This document shows, piece after piece, positions 36,268 to 49,090 of a stretch of 64,000 bases of DNA. The DNA is from Zootoca vivipara (Eukaryota). The DNA lies in NCBI RefSeq assembly GCF_963506605.1, contig NC_083277.1:6572001-6636000 (forward strand). The letters are read 5' to 3'. A program made the translations under genes and the position numbers. The notes under the pieces are model-generated. The model was not told where the DNA came from, did no database searches, and was given only the letters and a program-made list of their open reading frames with translations. The stretch's first letter is position 1. Every line of letters begins with the position of its first letter.

Positions 36268-38973
36268 ATGGAAGGCACCACATTGAGCCGCATGAAATGG
36301 AAGTCCATCAACCTCACCAAGAAACTTGCCCAGGTACAAACTGACATCCTCTTTCTATCTAAATGCAAAAACCTGGACATTGTACCTAAGGGTCTTAGAA
36401 TTAAGAACCCTCTTCAATCAACTTATCCCACAGAATATGCCAGAAAACTATGCCACACTTTATCTAAGAAACTGCTGAAACATCTTATCGGCGTTCTGTA
36501 TTCCAAACAGAAGTTAATAAAGGAGGAACTCTCTGCACTGGAGAACTCCATCAGGAATCACCCGGCCTGGCAGAAGTTCCACAAGGAAAAACAAACCATT
36601 TACCACTCTCAACTGGAGTTACTGAAGAACCAGAAAAATAAAAAACTCTGCAACCTTTCCAACCTACAGGCCACCAATCAAAACAAGATCAACAACATTG
36701 TCAATCTTTCACAGCAAACACTCAGCCCAGCTGAGGAATCCGTCCTTTCACGGGGACTATCATTCTGCCCTGCCAAATCCCAACACATGATTCAGTTCTG
36801 CGGGGACCTGGAAGCATTTTTCCGCCGTTTACGCCTGAAGGAGTATTTTCATCACACACAAGAACAAGACAAAGTAGAACAAACTACATCCCCACAACAC
36901 AACACCTCTCAACTTACTGGGGAACAACCATCACCCTCCAAACGCATCAATGAACAGAACATTGACCACCAACTACCACCGAAAAGAAGTTACACAAAAA
37001 GGGACTCCACATGGACCCCTCCTGATGGACGCAATACCACACTAGATCTGTACATCGAATGCTTCCGCCACAGAATCCAAACGGATGTGACCAGAAAACA
37101 CCATCGCTTACAACAAAATCTAAACCATGCTGAAAGGAGAGCCATAGAAAATCTCAGGAACAACCCAGACATTATAATTAAAGAGGCAGACAAGGGTGGA
37201 GCTGTCGTCATCATGAACAAAACTGATTACATCCAAGAGGCCCACAGACAACTTTCCAATACTGCCTTTTACATGAAATTGGACTCAGACCCCACACAAA
37301 CATACAAAAAAGAACTGAACAAGATTATTAAGGAGCTACCCCTACACATCCAAGAACAGATCCTCACAAACACACCAGCGGAACCTCGGCCAGGAACTTT
37401 CTATCTTCTACCCAAAATACACAAACCAGGAAACCCAGGACGCCCCATCATCTCAGGTATTGGCACCATTACAGTGGGTGTTTCCGGCTATATGGACTCT
37501 GTTCTGAAACCATATGCTATCAGTGCTCCCAGCTACGTACGTGACACCACAGATTTTCTGAGGAAAATACAATATTTGAACAATCTTCCTAACAATACTA
37601 TACTAGCCACTATGGATGTGGAATCTCTATATACCAACATCCCACACAATGATGGTTTACAAGCCATAAGGAACACCATTTCAGATAAAACCACAGCGGA
37701 CTTTGCTACCAAACTCTGCCACTTTGTCCTTACCCACAACCACTTCAAATTTGGTGATGACCTGTTCCTCCAGATCAGCGGCACAGCCATGGGCACCCGC
37801 ATGGCCCCACAGTATGCCAACATCTTCATGGCAGATTTAGAACAACGTTTCCTTAACTCCTACCCACTCAAACCTCTCCTGTACCTGCGATACATTGACG
37901 ATATTTTTATTATCTGGACACATGGACAACAGACCCTGGAAACCTTCCACCAGACATTCAATGACTTTCACCCCACCATCAACCTAACAATGAACCAATC
38001 TATGCAAGAAATACATTTTTTGGACACTACTATAAAAATACAGGATGGACGTATAGACACCACCTTATACAGAAAACCAACTGACCGACAAACATATCTA
38101 CATGCTTCTAGCTACCATCCCAAACATACCAAACAATCCATCGTATACAGCCAGGCCTTACGTTACAACCGCATCTGTTCCAACTCTACAGACAGAGAAT
38201 CTCACCTAAGAGATCTACAGCAAACCTTTTTAGAACTAAAATATCCACCTGATGAAGTTAAACAACAGATCAACAGAGCCAGACAGATACCTAGAGAGAA
38301 CCTGCTGCAAGACAGACCCAAAAAAGAAAATAACAGAACACCACTAGTCATCACATACAGCTCCCAAGCTAAAACAGTACAACGCATCATCAGAGATCTA
38401 CAGCCTCTCCTGGACAATGACCGCTCCCTTTCTCAAGCTCTGGGAGGAAGACCTTTCATTGCCTACAGACAGCCACCCAATCTTAAACAACTCCTCACCC
38501 ACAATAATACAACCACCAGACTTAACATGGACACTGGTACCAGAGCCTGCAATAAACCCAGATGCCAACTTTGCTGCCACATACACCCAGACAACACCAT
38601 TACTGGCCCCAACAACATCCAACATACCATCTCAGGACTATTTAATTGCTCATCCTCTAACATTGTGTATGCCATCAAATGCCAACAGTGCCCTTCAGCT
38701 CTCTATATTGGACAAACAGGCCAAACCCTACGCCAAAGGATAAATGGACATAAATCTGACATCAGGAACCAGAAGACAGAAAAACCAGTAGGAGAACACT
38801 TCAATCTCCCAGGACATTCTATACAAGATCTCAAAGTAGCTGTCTTACTACAAAAGAATTTCAGAAATAGACTGGAAAGAGAAGTTGCTGAATTGCAACT
38901 TATCACCAAGCTCAAAACCATGGAGGGACCTGGTTTGAACAGAGATATCGGGTTCTTATCTCATTATACATGA
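36268..38973 (+). CDS. Penelope-like element ORF: reverse transcriptase + Cys-rich linker + GIY-YIG endonuclease (901 aa)
   Basis: ADKGGAVV, LPKIHK, MDVESLYTNIP, GTAMG, RYIDD; CNKPRCQLC linker; IVYAIKC...LYIGQTG..LRQRINGH endonuclease. Confidence 0.96.
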   Translation: MEGTTLSRMKWKSINLTKKLAQVQTDILFLSKCKNLDIVPKGLRIKNPLQSTYPTEYARKLCHTLSKKLLKHLIGVLYSKQKLIKEELSALENSIRNHPAWQKFHKEKQTIYHSQLELLKNQKNKKLCNLSNLQATNQNKINNIVNLSQQTLSPAEESVLSRGLSFCPAKSQHMIQFCGDLEAFFRRLRLKEYFHHTQEQDKVEQTTSPQHNTSQLTGEQPSPSKRINEQNIDHQLPPKRSYTKRDSTWTPPDGRNTTLDLYIECFRHRIQTDVTRKHHRLQQNLNHAERRAIENLRNNPDIIIKEADKGGAVVIMNKTDYIQEAHRQLSNTAFYMKLDSDPTQTYKKELNKIIKELPLHIQEQILTNTPAEPRPGTFYLLPKIHKPGNPGRPIISGIGTITVGVSGYMDSVLKPYAISAPSYVRDTTDFLRKIQYLNNLPNNTILATMDVESLYTNIPHNDGLQAIRNTISDKTTADFATKLCHFVLTHNHFKFGDDLFLQISGTAMGTRMAPQYANIFMADLEQRFLNSYPLKPLLYLRYIDDIFIIWTHGQQTLETFHQTFNDFHPTINLTMNQSMQEIHFLDTTIKIQDGRIDTTLYRKPTDRQTYLHASSYHPKHTKQSIVYSQALRYNRICSNSTDRESHLRDLQQTFLELKYPPDEVKQQINRARQIPRENLLQDRPKKENNRTPLVITYSSQAKTVQRIIRDLQPLLDNDRSLSQALGGRPFIAYRQPPNLKQLLTHNNTTTRLNMDTGTRACNKPRCQLCCHIHPDNTITGPNNIQHTISGLFNCSSSNIVYAIKCQQCPSALYIGQTGQTLRQRINGHKSDIRNQKTEKPVGEHFNLPGHSIQDLKVAVLLQKNFRNRLEREVAELQLITKLKTMEGPGLNRDIGFLSHYT

Positions 38974-39160
38974 TAAGCGATCTTCAGCCATCTCAACCCT
39001 TGCTTTTTCATGCAAAACCATTTGCAGTCGTTTGCGGTCATCAACAGCTATCAGTCAGTCAATCACCCATTTCCACCACCCTTCTGAGTGATCCCCCCTC
39101 CCCATCCCCACCCCTCCCCACCCCTTCTCTACATAAGTGCCTGGAAACTTCCATTTCACT

Positions 39161-39198
39161 GTATCTGAAGAAGTGTGCATGCACACGAAAGCTCATAC
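39161..39198 (+). ncRNA. Minimal type I hammerhead ribozyme motif in 3' pseudo-LTR
   Basis: Identical to 36131-36168. Confidence 0.85.
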
Positions 39199-41079
39199 CA
39201 AAATAAAAACTTAGTTGGTCTTTAAGGTGCTACTGAAGGAATTTTTTTATTATGATTCTATGATTCCTCCTTTCCGTCCCGCCCCGCTCGTGAGAACGCG
39301 GACGGGAACGAGGTGCTTTATCTCCCCCCCCCCCAGGGGCCCGCCTCTACTCTAACTCCAACTCCTCCTCCCTCTGCATGCATCCGGTTCACTTTAACCC
39401 TTACAGCACCAAACTGTGAAGGGGACCTCCCTCCCTCCTTCTCCCTCTGCACCCCCCCCCGCCCCCGAAAGCAAAAGAGCCAAGGAGGCAATGAATCATG
39501 GAATTGCAGAGCCAGAAGGGACCCCCCAAGGGCATCCAATCCAACCCCCTGCAATTATCTTTAATAATAATAATAATAATAAATTTTATTTATACCCCGC
39601 ACTCCCCAGCCAAAACCGGGCTCAGGGCGGCTAACACTAGATATATAAAACAATTGATTAAGATAGAACTTAAAAACAAGATTAAATACAACATTAAAAT
39701 TAAAATGCAGCCTCATACGAAAAGGGAAAGGGAAAGTGGGGGAGGGGATCAAGTCGGTTCCAGGCCAAAGGCCAGGCAGAACAACTCTGTCTTACAGGCC
39801 CTGCGGAAAGAAATCAGGTCTCACAGGGCCCTGGTCTCATGAGACAGAACGTTCCACCAGGTCGGAGCCAGTGTTGAAAAGGCCCTGGCTCTGGTTGAAG
39901 CTAATCTGACTGCCTTCGGGCCCGGTACCTCTAGGGTGTTGCTATTTATGGACCTTAAGGTCCTCCGTGGGAAATACTAGGAGAGGTGGTCCCGTAAGTA
40001 CGAGGGTCCTAGGGTCTTTTGCCCTAGAATGTGCTATTCTAGGCTGCATCCCCAGAAGTAAGAGCTGACAGTAAGAGCTGTTCAGCAGTGGAATTTGCTA
40101 CCAAGGAGTGTGGTGGAGTCTCCTTCTTTGGAGGTCTTTAAGCAGAGGCTTGACATATGTCAAGAATGCTTTGATGGTGTTTCCTGCTTGGCAGGGGGTT
40201 GGACTGGATGGCCCTTGTGGTCTCTTCCAACTCTATAATTCTATGATTCTAAATACAGTGCCCAGATCAAGGGAAGTCATAGTAACACTCTGTTCTGCCT
40301 TGGTGTGGTGTCCAGTTCTGGGTGCCAAGAGTTTTAAGGATAGAATCACAGAAACTTAAAGTTGGAAGGGACTCCCAAGGGACATCTAGTCCAACCCCTT
40401 GCGATGGAGGAATAACAGCTAAAGCATCCATGAGAGATTGCCACCAAAGCTCCAGGAGGAAACAGGTATTGCACAGAGATGGTGCTCTTCTGAGGCATCA
40501 GACTCCTTGCCTCTTTGTGGGAGAGCCCTGCAAAAATAGTTGGAGGAAGCTGGCAGAGAAGACTCCAAGCTGTTTTAGCACTTTTGTGAATCTTCAGTCC
40601 CCCACCCAGAAATCCCATCATCTCACAGCTCACCAGGACCCATCATTCATGTAACACATGACTCAGCAGAGTTTGATTTCAAATTGTTTTAACATTAACA
40701 TCTTGAAACGTGCCAGCCCAGCCTCTATAGCAGACGAATGTCTTTGAAAGTGGCTTTTTGGCAATAAAGTCCATTGAACGAATTCCATTTTTAACGTTTT
40801 TCTGTGTTGTGAAAATTTTAAAAAAATTAATATTTTCTGGTATTAGCCTGATGCCCATTGTTTGAAAGATGGTTGCATTTTAGGGACTTTCTTCAAGGAA
40901 AAGAAAATATTTTCCTGCTCTTTCGCCCTTTGATGCAATAGGTCGAAGATGCTCTGAATCAGACCGCTGGATCAATGTAGCCTGGCCTCAGTTATCTGTG
41001 CACAGGTGACTGCCTGTATAGACTCACCTGAGCTCTGCAGCTCTCTCCTGATTGAAGTGCAGAGAGAGTGAGGACCAGG

Positions 41080-41990
41080 AACCAAAATGCTTGTTTACAA
41101 AGTTATTGTGCTACCAACCTTACTGTTTGCCTGTGAAGCAAGGACCATTTATAAACGCCATCTCCAACTCGAAAGATTCCATCAACGGTGTCTCCGAATT
41201 TTTTTACACATCACTTGGGAAGACAGGCGAACTAATATCAGTGTACTGGAAGAAGCAAAGATCACCAGTGTTGAAGCAATGATTCTTCGACATTAACTTC
41301 GTTGGACTGGTCATGTTGTGCGAATGCCCGATAATTGTCTTCCAAAGCAACTACTCTATTCTGAACTTAAAAATGGAAAGTGTCATGCTGGTGGTCAACA
41401 AAACAGGTTTAAAGACTGTCTCAAGGCAAAATAAAATAGTAGTATAAACACCCACAACTGGGAAACACTGGCCTGCGAGCACTCCAACTGGAGAACAGCC
41501 AAGACGCTCGAACTCAGGACAAAAGGGAGAAACGTGCTAAGAGGAAGGCATGCTTGGCAAATCCATACCATGATCAACTCCCACCCGGAAACCTATGTCC
41601 CCACTGGGGAAGGATGTGTGGATCCAGAATTGGCCTCCACAGTCACTTACGGACTCACTGTTACGACTGTGTTTATGGAAGACTGTGTTTACTTGGCTAC
41701 AAGTGATCGCCAAAGAAGATAAAAGCCCTAAATGGCTTGGGACCCATGTTCCTGAAAGAGGGCTTTGAAAACACTCGAACTCAGGACGCAAGGGAGAAAT
41801 GTGCTAAGAGGAAGGCATGCTTGGCAAATCCACACCGTGATCAACTCCTGCCCAGAAACCAATGTCCCCACTGTGGAAGGACATGTGGATCCAGAATTGG
41901 CCTCCACAGTCACTTACGGACTCATTGTTAAAAACCGTGTTTATGGAAGACAATCTTACTTGGCTACGAGTGATCGCCAAAAAAGAAGAA
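41080..41990 (+). mobile_element. Degenerate RTE-clade LINE 3' fragment with repeated 3' end (relatives 28455-28628, 47125-47260)
   Basis: VYKVIVLPTLLFACEA...LERFHQRCLR and terminal CPHCGRTCGSRIGLHSHLRTH; 41505-41720 repeated at 41770-41990. Confidence 0.8.
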
Positions 41991-44308
41991 TCCCAATATC
42001 AACCATCTTGGACCTGAAGAGCAACAGGTGGGCACATTAGTGCCACTAGGGAGGGCCACCCACTCGGTGTTGACTGGGCCTTTTCAGTGGCAGCCCCTCT
42101 TCTGTGGAATGTCCTCCCTAAAGCGCCAAATGATTTGCATCAAAGCCATCTCACCTCGCCACTAGATCTCAGTCTGAGCAACTGGAAGTCCTATGAACAG
42201 GAAGGGGAAGAGGGGGGTGAACTTTAACAATTCCTTCTGCTCCCCTTGATCTCCAGCTCCACGAACAGAGACACCGAGCCCTGCAATGCCCAAAATCCAA
42301 AATCCAATAGTAACCACATGTGTGGGCAATCGCGTAAGAAACACAGGAGAGGGACACTGATTTTGAAGCAGGAATATGATCAGAAACAAAAACCCTGCAA
42401 AAATGTGGAAGAGAATTAAGTTTCTAAAATTGATTTTTATTAAAGTTTTCACAATACAATGAAATAATACCTAGAACAAACAGAATCGGAAATATAAGAG
42501 AGGAAAGAGGGAAAGAAAAAAAAGAGGGAGGGAGGAGAACAAAGCTATAAGAAACACCAAAGATAAAGGGGAAAAACATCTGCTTCTCCGTCTACATTAG
42601 AAAAGGATTATTTAAGACATTTTTAAAATGTTTAAGAGCATTAAGATTTTTGGGGACAGTGCTGTGTTTCGGATATACGGTTTTATTTACATATATACGC
42701 AGCCTAAGCATAAGGTGGAGAGGCCTCCCGGGTCCCAGCATTCACATTCCCACAGATTTTGCTCCCGCATTTGATCTTTGGGGAGATGCTGGGGTATTCT
42801 CAGTGCAGCCGCACACTGACCTGTCCAAACTCCACCAGGAAAAATAAGACAAGACTGTCCCCTGTCCACAAGTTGGCCTCTTGAGGCGGGAGATTCAGTT
42901 CACAAACCTTTCGATTATATACAGTTTCCTTATTCTATTTCTATATCTACTATCAGCATCTAAAACCACCAGAGCCTTTTTTCCACAGAATTGCATTCTA
43001 GATTGCTAGATATTCTTCTTTTAAACTAAGAGGGTATGTAGCTAGGGCAGTTTGGTAAGCTTTAATGAGAGGCCCCATGAAGTCAGTCAATTTTAATTTT
43101 CCATTTAACAGCTGCTTCACCAGGTTATCTTAATACAGTTTATTTCAGTCTTCGCTTTCCCATTTTATTCATCGTGTTTTATTTTACCCACCGTTTCTTT
43201 TATCTTTCCCTCTCCCAAGATTCATTTATATATAGTTTGCAGTTGTTTAGCCTGGAGAAGAGAAGGTTAAGGGGTGATATGATAGCCATGTTCAAATATA
43301 TAAAAGGATGTCATATAGAGGAGGGAGAAAGGTTGTTTTCTGCTGCTCCAGAGAAGTGGACACAGACCAATGGATTCAAACTACAAGAAAGAAGATTCCA
43401 CCTAAACATTAGGAAGAACTTCCTGACAGTAAGAGCTGTTTGGCAGTGGAATTTGCTACCAAGGAGTGTGGTGAAGTCTCCTTCTTTGGAGGTCTTTAAG
43501 CAGAGGCTTGACAGCCATATGTCAAGAATGCTTCGATGGTGTTTCCTGCTCGGCAGGGGGTTGGACTGGATGGCCCTTGTGGTCTCTTCCAACTCTATGA
43601 TTCTATGATTCCCTTTCTATACTTCCATGGTTTATAAACAGATTACACCCATTGTTCTTCTGCTGCATGTATAAATAAAACATTCTAGGTGGAATTTTTT
43701 TTTTAGCTTCTTGGATCCCATTTGGTCACCGACATCTTGCAAATCAAAGTCCTCGTTTTCACACGCGTTTATATCAGGGGTAGGCAACCTAAGGCCTGTG
43801 GGCCAGATGCGGCCCAATCACCTCGGGAATCAGCGTGTTTTTACATGAGTAGAATGTGTCCTTGTATTTAAAATGCATCTCTGGGTTGTTTGTGGGGCAT
43901 AGGAATTTGTTCATTTTCTTCTTCAAAATATAGTCCGGCCCACCACGTGGTCTGAGGGATGGTGGACCGACCCACGGCTGAAAAAGGTTGCTGGTTTATG
44001 GTTTATATGGTTTCTCCCCTGTGAGAACTCTTTAATCCCAGGTAAGGCTGAAACTTTCTGAAGCTCTTTCAACCTTCAAAGCATTGACAGTTATTCTCAT
44101 AGCTCTATGAATTTTCTGGTGGCGGAGGGGGAGTTGGGAAGGTGAATGTGGTGGAAGGATTTCAACTTTTCTGGCATTTATATGGATCCTACCCTCTGAG
44201 AATTCTTACCAGCTTTCCCCAGCTTTAATGTAATCTCAACCCCCCAACTGTGTGTCCTTTAATTACTGAAGTTTCTGCTTCTTGGTAAGGTCTCTGCAAC
44301 TATTTCTA

Positions 44309-45637
<1,329 letters not shown>

Positions 45638-45849
45638 CTGCAATGAAAAGAGAAACTGATAAGAGCCTGAGGAAGAAATAGAGCAGGCACCCCCAAACTG
45701 CGGCCCTCCAGATGTTTTGGCCTACAACTCCCATGATCCCTAGCTAACAGGACCAGTAGTCGGGGAAGATGGGAATAGTAGTCCAAAACATGTGAAGTTT
45801 GGGGATGCCTGAAATAGAGCCTCAAATCACTGAGGTAAAAGCAAGGATG

Positions 45850-46545
45850 AAGCTTACTGGGAAATGATATATAATTAGTTGAAAAGGATGTTCAAAATAA
45901 CTTTTATTTAAAAACAAACAAACCAGAAGCTTTTCTTTTGGGAATTATAGGGACAGAACTACCTAAATCAGGCACCCCCAAATTCGGCCCTCCAGATGTT
46001 TTGGGACTACAACTCCCATCATCCCTAGCTAAAAGGACCAGTGGTCAGGGATGATGGGAATTGTAGTCCCAAAACATCTGGAGGGCTGAGTTTGAGGGTG
46101 CCTGAGCTAAATTGTATGGAAATTTATTTATGTATGTGACTACAGCAGCAAGAATTTTACTTGCCCCAAAATGGAAAGAAGCAGAAGTTCCAGCAAAGGA
46201 AAAATGGTTACAAACACTTATGGAATATGCAGAAATGTCGAAACTTACCGGAAGAATAAGAAATCAAGATAACAAACTTTTTATAAAATAATGGAAAAGG
46301 TTTATTGAATATTTACAGACAAATTGCAAACAGATAAAAAACACTGGCAGGATTATTGTATTAACCTGCAGTTTTATAAGAGTATATATTTAAAGTAGAT
46401 CATTAAATGAGCAAATTAAATGAATTTGGATATGCAGATGTTAAAAAATTAATTTAAGGGATTGCAGAAAGAGGGGGAAGGAAGTCAAACTTTGAAATGT
46501 ATAAATTTGAAAAGTATAAATAAAAACTTTTTTTTAAAAAAAAGA
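45850..46545 (+). mobile_element. Degenerate L1-like 3' fragment (relatives ~47980-48500, ~53640-54260)
   Basis: ORF2-end-like FLLGI...TTAARILLAPKWK peptide and A-rich tail; 46330-46510 resembles 54080-54260. Confidence 0.6.
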
Positions 46546-47687
46546 AACTAGCTTCCAGGTGGAATATCTGGAAATCGCTGAAATGTCCAGGGAAACCTAG
46601 TTGTATGGCAACCCATGTTGGAAGTGAAGATTTTTTGGTGAATTTCCTTCAATTTATTTGGAGATTTAGCAAGAAAAGCTTAACAACTTTTTGAAATATG
46701 GCAAACCTACAATTATAAATGTACATTTATAAATTTCAAACATTTACAAATTTAATACACAATACATATTTTCCAATTGATATTCATTGAAAATTACTTG
46801 TTTCACCCACCGAACAAATCAGAAACTTGCATTTCCAAAGGCCTGGCCTATTCAGGCCAGTCAGGTCAACTGGAGGGGGTATATTCAGGGAGAACACAAT
46901 AGATCAGGCATCCCCAAACTGCGGCCCTCCAGATGTTTTGGCCTACAACTCCCATGATCCCTAGCTAACAGGACCAGTGGTCAGGGATGATGGGAATTAT
47001 AGTCCAAAACATCTGGAGGGCCGAAGTTTGGGGATGCTTGCAATTGATAGTTGCCTATTCAAACTTAAAGGCAGTGGATTAAGAACCCCAGAACATGGGT
47101 GACACTGTGGAACAGCAGCTGAGCCCGGAAACCAATGTCCCCACTGTGGAAGGATGTGAGGATCCAGAATTGGCCTCCACAGTCACTTACAGACTCATTG
47201 TTAAAAGCGTGTTTATGGAAGACAATCTTACTCGGCTACGAGTGATCGCCAAAGAGAAAGAGAAGAGCAGCTGAAATTCCAAAACAGGTAAGGTAAAGGT
47301 AAAGGGACCCCTGACCATTAGGTCCAGTCGCGGGCGACTCTGGGGTTGCAGCGCTCATCTCGCTTTACTGGCCGAGGGAGCTGGCGTACAACTTCCAGGT
47401 CATGTGGCCAGCATGACTAAGCCGCTTCTGGCAAACCAGAGCAGCGCACGGAAATGCCATTTACCTTCCCGCTTGGAGCAGTACCTATTTATCTACTTGC
47501 ACTTTGACGTGCTTTCGAACTGCTAGGTTGACAGGAGCTGGGACCGAGCAACGGGAGCTCACCCCGTTGCAGGGATTCGAACAGCCGACCTTCTGATCGG
47601 CAAGCCCTAGGCTCAGTGGTTTAGACCACAGCGCCACCCGCGTCCCTCATTCCAAAACAGGTCCTTTGATCTAAACGGGATGCTTAC

Positions 47688-47802
47688 CCTGAGAGGCCTC
47701 AATCCCATAGATCTCTTCCATGACTCCCCGATTCAGAGATCTCTGGTCAGGTTCCAGCAAAGCAGATACTCCTCTTCTGTGAAATGCACAGGACCCGGCA
47801 CA
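47688..47802 (-). pseudogene. ZNF gene D, disrupted KRAB-A exon; last 34 nt (ATG 47721) are in frame with the ZnF exon
   Basis: SFEDVAV block deleted and frameshift after HFTEEE; downstream LLEPDQRSLNRGVMEEIYGIEASQ and GTAAG donor retained. Confidence 0.8.
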
Positions 47803-48907
47803 CTGGGAGGGAAGGAAAAACATTTCATCCTTATAGATCAGATTATCAACCAGCTACATAAAAAAAGTCTAATTGCTGATCATTATTCTCGTAATTGGAT
47901 GACACCTTCTTGAGAGTTCTCAAGGAGAGAGAACTGTTTAGACTCGGGGAGGGTTTTTTCCGGAAAGAGATAGCATGCAGGACATATGTGGTGGACATGT
48001 GATAAAATTAAAGGCTTCTGGGATATGGTGTACCGGTATGAAGAGCCAACGAAAATGTTCAAGCAAAACTTTGTTAAGAAATCAGAAGCCTTTTTTAATT
48101 GGGGATATTAGACACAGATATAGCCAGAGAAAATAAGAAAATATTCCTTTACGCTACAGGGGCTGCGAGAACAGAACAAAAATTGGAAAAAAGATACAAT
48201 TCTGAAAAAAATGAGTGGCAAGATAAATTATTTGACTATATTGAATTGGCTAGATTGACAGAAGCCATTAGAGGCCAGCCCAAGCAAAAATTTCAAAAAG
48301 AACGGGGGAAATATAGAGAATACCTTAAACAGCAGTGCCCTCAAATTAATACTTGGACTTATTTCAATTAACTTCTGCAAAATAAATTATGGTATAAAAG
48401 CTAAAAACAGAAAGAAAATGGGGTAATAATGAACTAAGGAGGAGACAGTTTACCAAAAATGAAAAGAGAACCGTGTTGAGGATGAAGGAAGTCAATTGGA
48501 AGAAACAAAGAATTGATGCTTTTGAATTATGGTGCTGGAGGAGACTCTTGAGAGTCCCATGGACTGCAAGAAGATCAAACCTATCCATTCTGAAGGAAAT
48601 CAGCCCTGAGTGCTCACTGGAAGGACAGATCGTGAAGCTAAGGCTCCAATACTTTGGCCACCTCATGAGAAGAGAAGACTCCCTGGAAAAGACCCTGATG
48701 TTGGGAAAGATGGAGGGCACAAGGAGAAGGGGACGACAGAGGACGAGATGGGTGGACAGTGTTCTCGAAGCCACCAACATGAGTCTGACCAAACTGTGGG
48801 AGGCAGTGGAAGACAGGAATGCCTGGCGTGCTATGGTCCATGGGGTCACGAAGAGTCGGACACGACTAAACAACAAACAACAATATACACATACATACAC
48901 ATACATA

Positions 48908-49090
48908 GTTACAGGTAGGTAGCCATGTTGGTCTGAGTCGAAGCAAAATAAAAAAATTCCTTCAGTAGCACCTTAAAGACCAACTAAGTTTTTATTTTGG
49001 TATGAAGAAGTGTGCATGCACACGAAAGCTCATACCAAAATAAAAACTTTGTTGGTCTTTAAGGTGCTACTGAAGGAATTTTTTTATTTT
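48908..49090. mobile_element. Short inverted-repeat derivative of the Penelope pseudo-LTR
   Basis: 48908-49003 is the reverse complement of ~36165-36260; 49003-49090 is a forward copy of ~36136-36223; 13-bp TSD atacacatacata. Confidence 0.9.

Larger units (their letters stand above)
35842..39250 (+). mobile_element. Full-length Penelope-like retroelement (Neptune-type) with tandem pseudo-LTRs
   Basis: 35842-36220 is a direct repeat of 38872-39250 (offset 3030, no difference seen); single long ORF; flanked by tatgattctatga; sits in the tail of a CR1 3' stub. Confidence 0.95.

Noticed and set aside
49001-49036. Third copy of the Neptune hammerhead
   Set aside because: Core is truncated (first C of CUGAAGA missing), so not called a ribozyme.
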